A DNA stretch of 64,000 bases, taken from assembly GCA_951406725.2 (NCBI GenBank), contig OX597818.1:84072001-84136000 (forward strand), given 5' to 3'. Shown here one piece after another: positions 1-12,145 of this stretch (its first letter is position 1; the number at the start of each line of letters is the position of its first letter). The position numbers were made by a program, and so were the translations under genes. The stretch comes from Octopus vulgaris (lineage: Eukaryota). The notes beneath the pieces are model-generated. The model was not told the origin of the DNA and searched no databases. It saw only the letters and a list, made by a program, of their open reading frames with translations.

Positions 1-10
1 AAAATGTTTC

Positions 11-104
11 GCTGACGTTTTCCGGCTTTCCGGCTCGAGTTCAGATTTAATGCTACTTTCGTTAGAAACAGTTCTGGTTATAACAAACATACTACTGGAG
101 GAAT
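11..104. repeat. 94-bp direct repeat (partner 1710-1803), the 5' end of the ORF1-only element
   Basis: GAGTTCAGATTTAATG(C/T)TACTTTCGTTAGAAACAGTTCTGGTTATAACAAACATACTACTGGAGGAAT is present at both positions, 1699 bp apart. Confidence 0.95.
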
Positions 105-1815
105 TGTTTTATTCCTACCCACAAGGGGCAACATAGAGGGGAAAATACAATCGGGAAAAATAAAATAATGAATTATGAAGTTTGTACAATGTGGTGTAAT
201 GCCCACTCGATCCCCGAAATCGAGCGGTTACATTTCGTCATTTTTCATTCGTCAACAATATTTTCCAAATAAAAACATTTTACACATTTTCAACATACAT
301 TTCGAAAATTTTACAAAGTTCAACATTTTTTTTTTCAGAATTTAAAGTTTTTTTTATCATTTCCAAATTAAAGTTTTCACAATACCTTTTCTGTTATATA
401 TACTCCATTATCTCTACCAAATCTTGGTAATTTTCCATCGTTCGTGGCCACCTTGTAAGTCGGGATTTCTCATATGTTTTGACACGTTCTTGCTAGCTGC
501 CTCGATGAACGCCTTGGCGTTGTTCTCGTGGACGAGTGCACCTGTTTCTTTCCATTCGGTGCCCATCCTGACCCACGTATATCCATCTGTTTCGCTTATT
601 AAATCTTCCATCTCCTCACAGTGCCTGTGATGGATCAATGTTCCATAGCATTTGAATCTTTTATTCGTGCCTGCATTTTCTCTAGTTTTTCTCTTAGGAC
701 TTACTTCCTCTTTTTCTCCTCTCTCGGCTTCTCTCTTTTTCTCTTTTTGCTTTCTCTTCTTTCTTTTTCCTTCTCTTGTCTTTTTGGCTCTTTGTCTGTC
801 GTCTCTCTACCCTGTGCCTTATGTTCCTTTTCTGTTGTTTCTTTTCCTTTTTGCCTACCATCTTTTCCTTTCTCTTGGTTCTGTTCCTTCTCTTGTTCTT
901 TTCCTGTTTTTCTCTTTCCTTTAATGTACTTTCCTTTTCTTTCTCTTGCTTCTGCCTTGGCTCCTTATCCACTACTTCTCCACCCTGTGAATTTTGCTCC
1001 TTTTCAACTATCTTCTTCCCATTGTTTTCATTTTCCTTCAGTGCGCTGTTACTTCCCTTCTCTTGTTGTTTCTCCGTTATTTCCTTTTCCTTGTTTTCGC
1101 TGTTCTTTCCTTCGTGTTCTTTTTCCTTCTCTTTTTTGTTCTCTCCACTTTGTGTCTCTTTTTGCTCCATTTCCGTCTCCGCTGTGAATTCATATAGCGG
1201 ACATTCCTTTTTTTATGTGCCCTCTTGACAAGCACAAGTAGCAATTCGGTTTTCTCCCTCCACAATTACACTAATTGTTTTCTCGTTTCCTATTTCTATT
1301 TGGAAGGGAAACCGTTCGATGTCTTCCATTGTGGCCATCAGCCACAACTCCACTCCGAATCCCTTCCAATTTACAACGTTGGTCTCCTTGATTGACCCTA
1401 TTTCTACTTCCTCCTTTGCTGACCCTAGAATGGCTGTTACCAGCATTTCTGTTTTTATTTCTGGCGGCACCTTTGGGACTCTTACCCGTACCCCTCTTCT
1501 TCCTTTATAAGTCGGCCACATAGTGAAATTATCGGCTTTCAGAACAGTGGAAGCTAACGAGGCCGCCACTTCCTTTGTTGCGCATCTCACCTCCACCGTA
1601 CCATATTTCTTTCCTCTGTCCACGAAAGTCGCTTTCTTCATAATGTCTCCCAGACATTTCTCTATTTCTTCAATCGTCACTCTCACCAGTTTTCTCGTGT
1701 TCCTATCTTGCTGACTTTTGCCGGCTTTCCAGCCCGAGTTCAGATTTAATGTTACTTTCGTTAGAAACAGTTCTGGTTATAACAAACATACTACTGGAGG
1801 AATGGCTAGCATTCC
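105..1815 (-). mobile_element. ~1.7-kb non-autonomous ORF1-only non-LTR retroelement (HAL1-like, L1/Tx1-type ORF1); a second unit starts at 104 and runs off the window
   Basis: 94-bp direct repeat at 11-104 and 1710-1803. Only an ORF1-like frame lies between them, with no EN/RT. The 3' end on the minus strand is ...CCCTCTATGTTGCCCCTTGTGGGTAGGAATAAAAC, abutting the next unit. Confidence 0.65.
414..1710 (-). pseudogene. Frameshifted L1/Tx1-like ORF1 (RRM-like region, CCHC zinc knuckle, K/E-rich region, short C-terminal domain)
   Basis: ORFs 1213-1686 and 694-1170 are in the same frame. Repairing a -1 near 1255 and a +1 in the A-run near 1210 gives VIVEGRKPNCYLCLSRGHIKKECPLYEFTAETEMEQK, i.e. 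C-X2-C-X4-H-X4-C. RGVRVRVPKVPPEI resembles an ORF1 RRM strand. ORF 414-638 is the probable C-terminus. Confidence 0.7.
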
Positions 1816-2168
1816 ATTAAGATAAGAGCAACAAAAGTACTCCATCCGGTGAAAGATAAATATCTTTCAATATGCTCAATATAAAGCGGATACTTTCTTT
1901 TCTAGAAGCGTAATGGTGAATAAAAACAAAGAAAGAAGAGAAAAGAAAGGGAGAAATTACAGTCATGTCTTCTTCGATCATAAAACCATAATTAAGCTGT
2001 ATATTGTAGAACAATTCAACGGACACGGGTCCAAAGCCTGCCAGACAGCCGCTCAATCCAGAGATGGTTTATGTATACAGACAGGTAGACAGACAGACAG
2101 ATAGATACATACATACATACATACATACATACATACATACATACATACATACATACATACATACATTT

Positions 2169-2506
2169 GTAAGACCCCCTTCGGTCATGAATGACCATGG
2201 GATTGCACCTAGAAAGTTACCCTCCTAGACACAAGTCCGGGCAAGGTTGTTTATGGAAGACCAGCAGTCACCCATGCATACTGGCCTTCCCTCTCCACGC
2301 CACCAGTGTTATCCAAGGGAAAGACAATGGTCGATACAGCTTGGCACCAGTGACGTCGCAACTCATTTCTACAGCTGAGTGAACTGGAGAAACGTGAAAT
2401 AAAGTGCCTTGCTCAAGAACACAACACGCAGCCCGGTCCGGGAATCGAGCTCACAACCTCACGATCGTAAGCTCGACGCTCTAACCACTGAGCCATGCGC
2501 CTTCAC
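2169..2506 (-). mobile_element. tRNA-derived SINE, family A (full length)
   Basis: Minus strand has A-box TGGCTCAGTGG, a B-box-like motif and a CORE-like block GTGTTCTTGAGCAAGGCACTTTATTTCACG...CTCAGCTGTAGAAATGAG. Closely similar copies occur elsewhere in the window. Confidence 0.9.
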
Positions 2507-2789
2507 GTACATACATACATACATATAGTTCCCCAAATGACTGAAACAAGTAAAAGAATATATATATATACATACATACACCCCCCCCCCCCCGCTTGTT
2601 TATTCCCGTCTTTGTCATTTGTTCTTCTGTAAATTTTAACTATATATATATATATATATATATATAGCCTAGGCCCATACAAAACCTTAAGTAAAACATT
2701 TAATATATAATAGACCTTAAGTAGAACATTTAAAATATAATAAACGCATAAACATGGACGCACACATGCTTGCGGGCTTACACACGCAG

Positions 2790-3468
2790 ACATGTTTTCA
2801 AACGCAAGTATTCATCGGATATTTCTCCCACCATCACTGTCACATCGGTGTCAGCCTGCTCGTTCCACACGCATCAGCACTTGGAGACCTTGTTTTCTTG
2901 TCGCTTGGCTCTTTCCAGTCTTAAGCACCACTCCTATTTAGATATTAGTATAGCGATGTTCTAGCTTCTGGAGGCACATGGCCTAGTAGTTAGAGCAGCG
3001 GATTCACAGTCGAGAGATCGTGGGTTCGAATCTCAGACCGGGCAGCGTGTGTGTTTATGAGCGAAACACCTAAGCTCTACGCGGCTCCGACAGAAGTTAA
3101 TGACGAACTTCTACTGACTCTTTCTCTCACTCTTCACCCTTGCATCTAGCAGCTCAACTGCGACGGACCGGCGTCCCATCCAGGTGGGAAACGTATATGC
3201 CAATGAAACCAGGAAAGTGGCTCGAGGAGAAACAAACAACATGTTCTAGATCTAGATTCGGGAATACATCGTGAATCTACAACAGTGCTTCGTCACCTTT
3301 TTTCGCTTGCGGCACACTTATATACTTTCCAAACTTAGACGGTACGCTTGAACTAAAAATATAACTAAAAGTATGAGAGAAAAATTATATTCAAGTTACA
3401 CTGCAGCACACCTAGCATCGAGCAGTGGAACACCAGTGTGCCGCGGCATATCTGTGACAGGGCACTGA
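2790..3468 (+). mobile_element. Degenerate hAT (Charlie/Buster-like) 3' remnant interrupted by a SINE
   Basis: RLALSSLK resembles the Buster transposase C-terminus. GCGGCACAC / CACCAGTGTGCCGCGGCA...GGGCACTG resembles a Charlie-type 3' subterminal region and TIR. Confidence 0.35.
2970..3240 (+). mobile_element. tRNA-derived SINE, family D
   Basis: A-box TGGCCTAGTAG and B-box GGTTCGAATC. V-SINE-like CTGCGACGGACCGGCGTCCCATCCAGG. Imperfect TSD ATGTTCTAG(CT/A)TCT at 2956-2969 and 3241-3253. Second copy at 51378-51664. Confidence 0.85.
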
Positions 3469-3500
3469 TCTGCAACAATGTTAATCTATAAATTTAAATC

Positions 3501-3531
<31 letters not shown>

Positions 3532-3559
3532 CCAACAATTAGGGTTCAGGTTAGTATTT

Positions 3560-3777
3560 GTGTTGCCTGGTATGCAAATAAAAATCCAGGAGTTAAGGAA
3601 TAGAGTAGATAAAATCCGGGTTATATTTGATCCATAGCAAGCGAAACCTCGGAAGTGGTAAATATCCAAGCTCGATGTATATCGCAAGCTACTCGTCAGG
3701 TCAAGTTATCTTCACTCCCGAGGTTCCGCTCGCTATGAAAAATCTCTATCTCGGATTTTATCTATGCCTGGCAACAC
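3560..3777. mobile_element. Foldback MITE (imperfect ~218-bp palindrome)
   Basis: Nested inverted segments: GTGTTGCC...GGCAACAC; TAGATAAAATCCG...CGGATTTTATCTA; CATAGCAAGCGAAACCTCGGAAGTG...CACTCCCGAGGTTCCGCTCGCTATG. Confidence 0.6.
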
Positions 3778-4709
3778 TGGCTGCCTAACGTGAAACATTT
3801 TTTTCAGCTTATCGTACTTCGATACGGAAATAATCCACAGCCGTCCGCCCAAAATAATTCTTGAAAGTTGTTTTTTTATATTTTCTATGGATTGCTTGAA
3901 GCTCACGGTCTTGCTACACTTCGATACCTCGATCTTACATTAATATTATAAGCATACATACATCTGTGTGTGTGAGGGGGGTTCGTTTGTGTGTTTGTGT
4001 TTACACATCAAGGCAAAACAAGGTGGGGAAATAGTTCGGGAATACCATAAATAAAATGATATACTACTTTTTAAGGTGACAAATTCTTCACAATTCAGAG
4101 GTCCACGCGACCATCATCAGATTATTGGGATGATAATATTATCATCTGTCTGATTGACACTCACGTGATGCACACTAACATCTGATGAACACTCACTGAT
4201 TTTTTTTCAGCTTTAATAATATAGCATATCTGCAAATACATACATACATACATACATACATACATACATACATACATCACTGTCCCCTCTCTCTCTCTCT
4301 CTTACCCCCTTCTCTCTCTTACCCTCTTGCGACTTGCTGCCTCAGCCATTCTGTTTCCATCGGCCGCTTGTTCAACATGTGTCTTATCACCGAAAAGGTA
4401 ATTATTTTTCCACGCTTGCTGATATTGTTTTTGTGTCTCTCTTTTTGTCTCAAAGCCGTAGGGCGCCTGTGTCATCCATGTTTTTAACCGTTACTGTCTC
4501 CCAAAAAGATTTTTCGTTTCATGTTTGTCTCTGTTGCGTTGCATTCTTTCCTTCTGTGGCTGGCTGATTCAGAGCGGATCTCAGAATTAAACAGCCGAAA
4601 TCTGCGATGAGGGATCAGTTTCTGACTGAAGAATGAAGGCCTTGAATGACCCGTTTGTCTTTTTGTTCGTCCCTTCGTGTATTTCACGTTATTTATTTAT
4701 GTAAAGGTT

Positions 4710-4751
<42 letters not shown>

Positions 4752-4758
<7 letters not shown>

Positions 4759-5310
4759 GGCAAGTTGTCGATCACTGTGTGTGTTGTGTGAACTACTTCT
4801 ACTCCTACAATTTTCAACCGAATTTCACCAAATTTCATGTGTGCTCTCTTTGACTTAAGACGCACTTATAACTTTTTCCTCGCATTTCCGCGCCTCAAAC
4901 ATAAACAAACTACTTTCAATTCGCCTAGGATTTGGCTTGAGCCAGCGAAAAAACATGACACACACCCAGCTGGAAAAAATCAATACTTTACTTTGTCACA
5001 GTGCACAGTACTGCCAGCAGCATTCATTTGCAGGTTACGATTTGCCTCCGGTTTCACGTGAGCGCTCTTTTTCATATAATTATTCTAACTTAGACCAGCC
5101 ACTTCAAAACTCTTACCCAAAGTTAAAAATCCTTAATATGGTCTGCTTGATTAACATTTTTGCGAACTATATTTTACTATTTTTTGGGTGCCACGCATTC
5201 ACCGCTTTTTCCTTAGGACCTTTTCTGTTGCGTAAACTGATAATCTTCCACCATGCCTCGACGCAAAATATCCAATATAGGACGGCAAACAAATGCTGCA
5301 AAGAAAATTA
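4752..5310 (+). mobile_element. Probable Helitron 5' fragment
   Basis: Begins at the end of a TA run with TTTTCAACCGAATTTCACCAAA, a common Helitron 5' motif. The ATG at 5253 gives MPRRKISNIGRQTNAAKK, resembling animal RepHel N-termini, and is then truncated by microsatellite. Confidence 0.4.
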
Positions 5311-5349
5311 TATACGTATATACATACATACATACATACATACATACAT

Positions 5350-5411
<62 letters not shown>

Positions 5412-5441
5412 ATGTGTGTGCTTGTGCGTATGTGTTTGTGT

Positions 5442-5482
<41 letters not shown>

Positions 5483-6300
5483 TTTGTGTTTGCTTTGTTC
5501 CAAACCCCTGCTTGATAAACCGGTGTTAACATCCTTACGATCCTGTAACTTAGCTGTTGGGCGAATTTCATATAGTTATAAATACTGGAGTTTGATTCGT
5601 GCGACTGAAACCCTTCAAAATGGTGCTCCATCATGACCTAAGTCCAATTACAGAAAGAAGAAGAAACGATAAATGTTAATTTATTACAACACGCAATCGT
5701 TCGTCCATATAAACCCACTAAATGTAAGAGCGTTGTAGTTTACTTGATGAATTGCGAAGGCGGAGAGCGCCTAACAATACAAAAATGAAAAGTTACATAA
5801 CCTTTATATATTTCAGGCACACACGAACTCCATAATTGCACACTTCGAAGCTGTTTAATTCTGATGTTGAGCTTGAAATGTATAAACGTTATTTAACTTT
5901 CACTATACGGATTCTTACAAGATCTCCTTCGTTATTTGTCATTTTATTCCACTAAAGTGTTTTAAGAAGTTTACTTCGCTGCTATAACGTAGAAAACAAG
6001 TATACAATCCCTGCTAGAGGCTTCCGCACCGTTTCCATGGCAGTAGTAATTTGGTGGAGGTGGTGGTGGTGGTGGTGGTCGTCGTCGTCATCTTTGTTGG
6101 TGGTGGTGGAGGTAGCAATAGCCCTGATATAGCTATTGTTAACATTGTGTTACTTTGCAGTTGACTTGTGTGGTTAGTCACATGATTGTGAAAATCTTGC
6201 TAGTAATGGATTTTGCTATAACCGTAAGTGCTGGTATCGGGTAGTAGTTGTTGTTCTTAGTGATGGTGTTGGTCTTGGCGATTCAAAACAAGTAGATGGC

Positions 6301-6365
<65 letters not shown>

Positions 6366-6758
6366 AGGTGGTGGTGGTGGTGACAACAGTAGCAGCAGCA
6401 AGAAATTGACTGCCCCTGAAGGCGGTTTCAATGAATCAGACGGTTTCCTTTCGTGATAAAAGAGGAATAAACATATACAGAAATAGAGAAACACGTACGC
6501 ATACAAAACTCACATTCTCTCACGCACACACACATACACACACACACACACACAGACACACACACTGAGAGACCTGGAGAGACAGACAGACAGGCGGGGA
6601 GAGAGACAGAGGGAAGGAGAGATCATCGACAGAGATACACAGCCGTTCATAACGTCATATATGTTCCTCAATATAGAATTACATACATATATGTCCTATA
6701 AATCTGTATGTATAGCACACAGAAGATGCATATACATACACACAGAAATTACATATAT

Positions 6759-6863
<105 letters not shown>

Positions 6864-6873
6864 TATATGTATG

Positions 6874-6912
<39 letters not shown>

Positions 6913-7138
6913 AGTGTGTATATTATGCTCTGTATATAGACGCATATTTAAATGCATAATATTTAATCGATGTATAGACGCAAAATCTAGACATGTCTAG
7001 ATGCAACAACTCCAATAGATGCACACACATGCGTTCAACATACACACACACACGCACACACACACACAAATATACATACACATATTTATTTATCTTGTTC
7101 GTGGTCGTTAAATTCCCAGACATAGTGTGTCTCTGTAT

Positions 7139-7186
<48 letters not shown>

Positions 7187-7243
7187 CTTGTATGAGTTTC
7201 TCTCAAATGTTTGTGTTTCTGCTAGTGTTCTTATATGTGTATG

Positions 7244-7275
<32 letters not shown>

Positions 7276-7774
7276 AATATATATATGGATATATATGATG
7301 GTCTGTTAGGTCAAAGGTCGCATGATTATTCAAATATTTTGATGAACTAATCAGGAAATTATTCTTACTCTGTCTCTGTCTCTCCGCACGAATCTCTGTC
7401 TAGCTCTCTTTCTCTCTTTTTCCCTTCACCATCTCTCTCTTTATCCCCCCTCTCTCTCTCTCTCTTCTTTCTCTTCGAAATTCACTTTAGCTCTTTCTAT
7501 ACGTCAGCCTATCGTATTTGCATTTAATTTTGTATCTAACTTCATCTTACTTCACTCTATCTCTTTCAGTCTCCCCTTTTCTCTGTTTCGGTTAGACTCT
7601 GTTTATGCCTTTGTCTCACACTATCTCTATAACTTACTTTCCCTCTCCCTTTCTTTCTCTCGCCCCCTCCCTCTTTCTCTCTCTCTCTCACTCTGTTGCT
7701 CCCTTTATATCTCTGACCGCATATCACATTCTCCCTCTCCTCACCTCTCTGTATCTCTCTCCCGCCTCCCCCTC

Positions 7775-7808
<34 letters not shown>

Positions 7809-8024
7809 ACTGTCTTTCCTCAGTTCTCCCTGTGTCACATACACACACACACATCCTTAATTTGGATATTAAATATATACAAATGCATAAATATAAAAAT
7901 ACATGCATCTATACATGCATGTATATATATATATATATATATATACATGCATATATATATATATAAATATAACTATTTACATATATATGCATGTATAACA
8001 ATATACAATGTAAATATATAAGTA

Positions 8025-8082
<58 letters not shown>

Positions 8083-8097
8083 GTATATCTATACATG

Positions 8098-8166
<69 letters not shown>

Positions 8167-8660
8167 GTATGGATGGATGGATGGATTCGAACCCGCACCA
8201 CTGTCCCACTCTCTCTTTCTCTCACCAATATACTTAATACTTATTTAGTTACTTATTTGATTAGTCATGATTTTCTTGGCATATTCCCCTCTAGTTGCTG
8301 TCTCTCAGAATGGAAAGAAATGGTGTCATGTTTCTTTTATGCTTCCTCCTTATATTACAAATCCCACGATTTTTTAGTGCAGTACAATTTTTTTAATGGT
8401 TGATCTTCGACAAAACCTGTGTATATGAGTGTGTGTGAGTGTGTATGTGTGCATATGTGTGTTTGTAGGTATACTTATATTCATTTATATATAAATGCAT
8501 GTGTGTCTGTGTGCAAGCAAATCAAAAATAGAAATAGATGAAGCTTGCTTTCTCTCATTCTGTCTTGATATGTCTGTCTATCTATCTATCTATCCATCTA
8601 TCTATCTACCTATCTATTTTCCATCTATCTATCTCTCTTTCTCTCTCTCTTTCTCTCTGC

Positions 8661-8756
<96 letters not shown>

Positions 8757-9027
8757 GCATGTATATGTATATATATGCATGCATATATATATATACATAA
8801 ATGGTGAAGGCAGAGCATCTCTTAAACAGTGTCAGAAATCCGGGATCTGGAATTACCCAGTAATCTTTTTGCTAGTTTATTTTGTCTCTTTGTCTTCTTT
8901 CCTAGTGCTGTATGAACATTTAATGTGGCTCTCAAGTTTTGGCTGCTTTTTCCAGCGTGGTGGTATCTCTTAGATACCCTAAATTATAATTTATGCATAC
9001 ATACATACATACATACATACATACATC

Positions 9028-9075
<48 letters not shown>

Positions 9076-9078
9076 TAT

Positions 9079-9410
9079 AAAGTTAATCAAAACAAGAAAA
9101 CACAAAAATACACAACGACGTGAGGACGTGGAACAAATATAGTATTATTGGACACTCAGGAAAGAAGGAAAGAAGGAAAGTTTAACGTTTCGAGTGGAGC
9201 TCTTCGTCGGAAACATAGGAGAAGGAAAGATCCAGAGAAGGGAAGTCAGAGGGAAAAAAATCGCCAAATACACATGCATGTATGTGTACAGGACGTCACC
9301 GGTAGTAAACAGCATGAAATACGAAAGCAAGTGAGTTCACTATGCAAACGGAAAGATAAAAAGAAAACAGGACAAGTAGCAGAAAGAAAGGCCCATAGTT
9401 TTATCTGCAG
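9079..9410 (-). mobile_element. Penelope-like element termini (two abutting families) next to (TA)n
   Basis: 9079-9270 is homologous to 53555-53740 and carries a minimal HHR. 9285-9410 is homologous to 45137-45260. Confidence 0.6.
9180..9214 (-). ncRNA. Minimal PLE-type hammerhead-like motif (second copy 53669-53703)
   Basis: Minus strand: GTTT-CCGACGA-A-GAG(CTCCA)CTC-GAAA-CGTT-AAAC. Stem I is GTTT/AAAC and stem III is the palindrome AACGTT. The core has a U4C deviation. Confidence 0.55.
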
Positions 9411-9529
9411 GAGATTTTAGGTATTGTGTGACCGAATAAGAAATCGTTTATCTTGTAGATATAGCTAGAAGCTGAGAATCAAGCTACGAGATTCTCACAG
9501 GCTCTCGACTTCTGGTAATTAGACCGCTT

Positions 9530-10175
9530 CATAGATCCATCAGACAAAATGGAAGTGGTCCTGCCCCGGAGAACGGTAAGGGTGATTTGCTTCAAGAGCC
9601 ACTCTCATTCTCGAGATTCGAATTTGCGGACAGCAATATCTTCCTTAGTAACGGGGAGCAGGGATATGTCCGGGGACCGAGAACGCTAGGGGGGTTTCAC
9701 TACCACAGGTTCGATTATAAACCTGGCAGAAGCGACCGATACTTTGATAGTTTGCCTTACTCAGTCTGACGAGCAGTGGAGTCTGAGCTGCTAGCCGAAC
9801 ACACCGATTTGCCGCTGAAGATGTCACTGCATTTGGCATCCCAGATGAGGTGTCTACCGACACGAAACGGGAAAATTGCTGTACCGCCAGCCTTTTTACC
9901 GTCCCCTCGGTCTAGCCAAACTGGTTCGAGCTGGGAAGGGAAGCCTGCGGCGTTCAGGTCATGCTTTATGATTTCTTTAAAAGCAGCATGGTGTGGAAGG
10001 TGACCAGCACTAAGATATCATGACAATGTCATGCGAAAGAAACCTCTGAGGATCTGGAGCGGCATTTGTGAGACCCACAGACTTAGAAGCGAGGCCTCGG
10101 GAAAACGCCAATGCGCAGAAAGTCGCTATCAAGCTGAGTGCCTGTCCCGAGCGATGGCTGAGAAATCACATTATA
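9530..10175 (-). pseudogene. CRE-clade non-LTR retrotransposon C-terminus (Cys/His region and restriction-like endonuclease), degenerate
   Basis: Manual minus-strand translation gives SAGHLPHHAAFKEIIKHDLNAAGFPSQLEPVWLDRGDGKKAGGTAIFPFRVGRHLIWDAKCSDIFS...KLSKY...KQITLTVLRGRTTSIL. This follows the CRE pattern RH..LN...LEP.GL.R.DGKRPDG....P...G..L.WD.TC.D...QRIS....RGN..SI. Confidence 0.75.
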
Positions 10176-10236
10176 GATGGTACATGGTAACTACTGCTAG
10201 CCCATGTACAATATTAAGACAATTCGACTTAGACTG

Positions 10237-10641
10237 TTACTCTTTTACTTGTTTCAGTGATTTGACTGTGGCAATGCTGGAGCACCGCCTTCAGTCGAAC
10301 AAATCAACCCCAGGACTTATTCTTTGGAAGCCTAGTACTTATTCTATCCGTCTCTTTTGCCGAACCGCTAAGTTACGGGGACGTAAACACACCAGCATCG
10401 GTTGTCAGGCGATGCTGGGGGGACAAGCAGAGACACACAAACATATACGCACACATACATATGTATACATATATACGACGGGTTTCTTTTCATTTTTCGT
10501 CTACCAAATCCACTCACAAGGCTTTGGTCGGCCCGAGGCTATAGTAGAAGACACTTGCTTAAGGTGCCACGCAGTGGGAATGAGACCGGTACCATGTGGT
10601 TGGTAAGCAAGCTACTTACCACACAGCCACTCCTGCGCCTA
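10237..10641 (-). mobile_element. tRNA-derived SINE, family C (bipartite, with internal TA/CA microsatellite)
   Basis: Head GGCGCAGGAGTGGCTGTGTGGTAAG...GGCACCTT..GCAAGTGTCTTCTACTATAG and tail ...ACTGAAACAAGTAAAAGAG. Other copies at 62460-62858, 57650-57975, 53371-53535, 37898-38710 (split) and 21640-21970. Confidence 0.9.
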
Positions 10642-11637
10642 TATACATGACTTCTTTAGATTAATTTTTTGTTGTTGATTTTTTTTTTTATTTGGCTAAG
10701 GCCAGCCTGCATTTCAGAGACATGTGATTAGTGGCGTTCCAACCATACTCAACAAATATGGACTATAATGTTGACCGTCAGTTTCAAAGAGAATTATTCC
10801 AGTTGCATCATTTATTTATTAACTCATGAACTGACTGAGCACTCCACAGACACTTGTATTCTGTTGCATCCCTCATGCAAAAATCATAGTCACACGAACA
10901 TGACGAAAGCTTTTCCATCCTGTGAGGATTCCACACCGTTTCTGTTCGCCCGTTTTCACTCACGACTCAAGGCCAACAGAAAATACACTTTAGGGAGATG
11001 CCATGACCAGGACTTGACTCCGATGCAAATTACTTAACTAGAATTTAATGTATTATCTATAGCTGTCATATCTAAAACTCCATTCCTTTTATACAGCATA
11101 GATGTGATATCAGTGATATTTGGCTATCTCTAGTGGGGGACACAATGACCTTTTGTGTGTTTTGGTAAACATTTATCAATGCGGATAAAATTGATAAAAC
11201 TAAATGGATAATTATCATCTCCCTCTCGCTCTCTCTCACACACATACACACACAAACACACAAGCACACACACATACATAAACATGCAAGCACACACACA
11301 CACGCACACATACTTCAAAACCTTTAATTATCGTTTCCAGTGCAATGTGGCCTTGTCATAATATTAGAAATGAATATATTTATTATTTATGATTTGAAAA
11401 ATACATCAAATGTTTGCTTTCTCTTGTAGGAAATTACGTACACTTTCGAAAATACAAAACCATTGCAGATGAACAAACGCTATATTATAATGCGCGACCA
11501 ATATTCCCAGTCCGAATATTGCTGTTTTTGTTTTTTGTTTTGTTTTATTTTTTTTCTGGAATGATATCTCTGTCTGTTGTTATAGATAATGTGTTGATGT
11601 ATTATCAAAAGTTATTGTATATCGGTCGTTGTGAAAA

Positions 11638-11900
11638 CTTATTGTACATCAGGCAGCGAATTTGCTGAATCGGTACAACGTCGGATATATTGCTTTTCAG
11701 GCGTCTAAGAAGACGAAAGAGTAATGAAAATTATTGCATATGTCTCAGCCAAATTGCTAAGTCGGTAGAGCATCGGATACATTACTTTTCATCTGTCTGC
11801 AATCTCGAAATGATTCTTGATCATTATTGTATGTCAGGCTGCAAAATTGCTGAGTCGGTAGAAGGTCGGATAAATAACTTTTCAGACGTCTACGAAGAAG
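11638..11900. repeat. Three degenerate ~93-bp tandem units
   Basis: TATTG...AATT(T)GCT.A.TCGGTA.A..(G/A)TCGGATA....CTTTTCA...GTCT recurs starting near 11640, 11732 and 11825. Confidence 0.75.
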
Positions 11901-12145
11901 AAATGCTTGTTTTATTTCGAAAGACATTTTTGCCCAGAGAACTACTATGGATAACCTCCAGAAATTTCTTTTCTGGCAGTGCTAACGATGGGTAGTACCG
12001 GTTTAAGACAAACTCTACAAGGATGGAAGTACACTTGTTTGAGGCGAATGCAAATCGTGCACACAGTCCTGCAGATTTTGTTTTAATATCAGAATAGTGT
12101 TGACTTATGGAGTTATGTTGTTGTGAGTAGAACAACATAACTCTA

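Noticed and set aside
11-104. snRNA or spliced-leader target sequence at the element boundary
   Set aside because: I could not match it to U1/U2/U5/U6 or an SL motif by eye, so it is treated as the element's own 5' end.
621-1228. Plus-strand F/S/L-rich 'membrane protein-like' ORFs
   Set aside because: They are the antisense shadow of the purine-rich K/E region of the minus-strand ORF1.
2430-2506. tRNA gene (also the heads at 2970, 42323 and 51590-51664)
   Set aside because: A/B boxes are present, but they run into SINE bodies with no complete acceptor stem or terminator.
11414-11530. Splice-acceptor-like TTTCTCTTGTAG followed by a short open frame
   Set aside because: No recognisable protein similarity or clear donor, and such motifs are frequent by chance.
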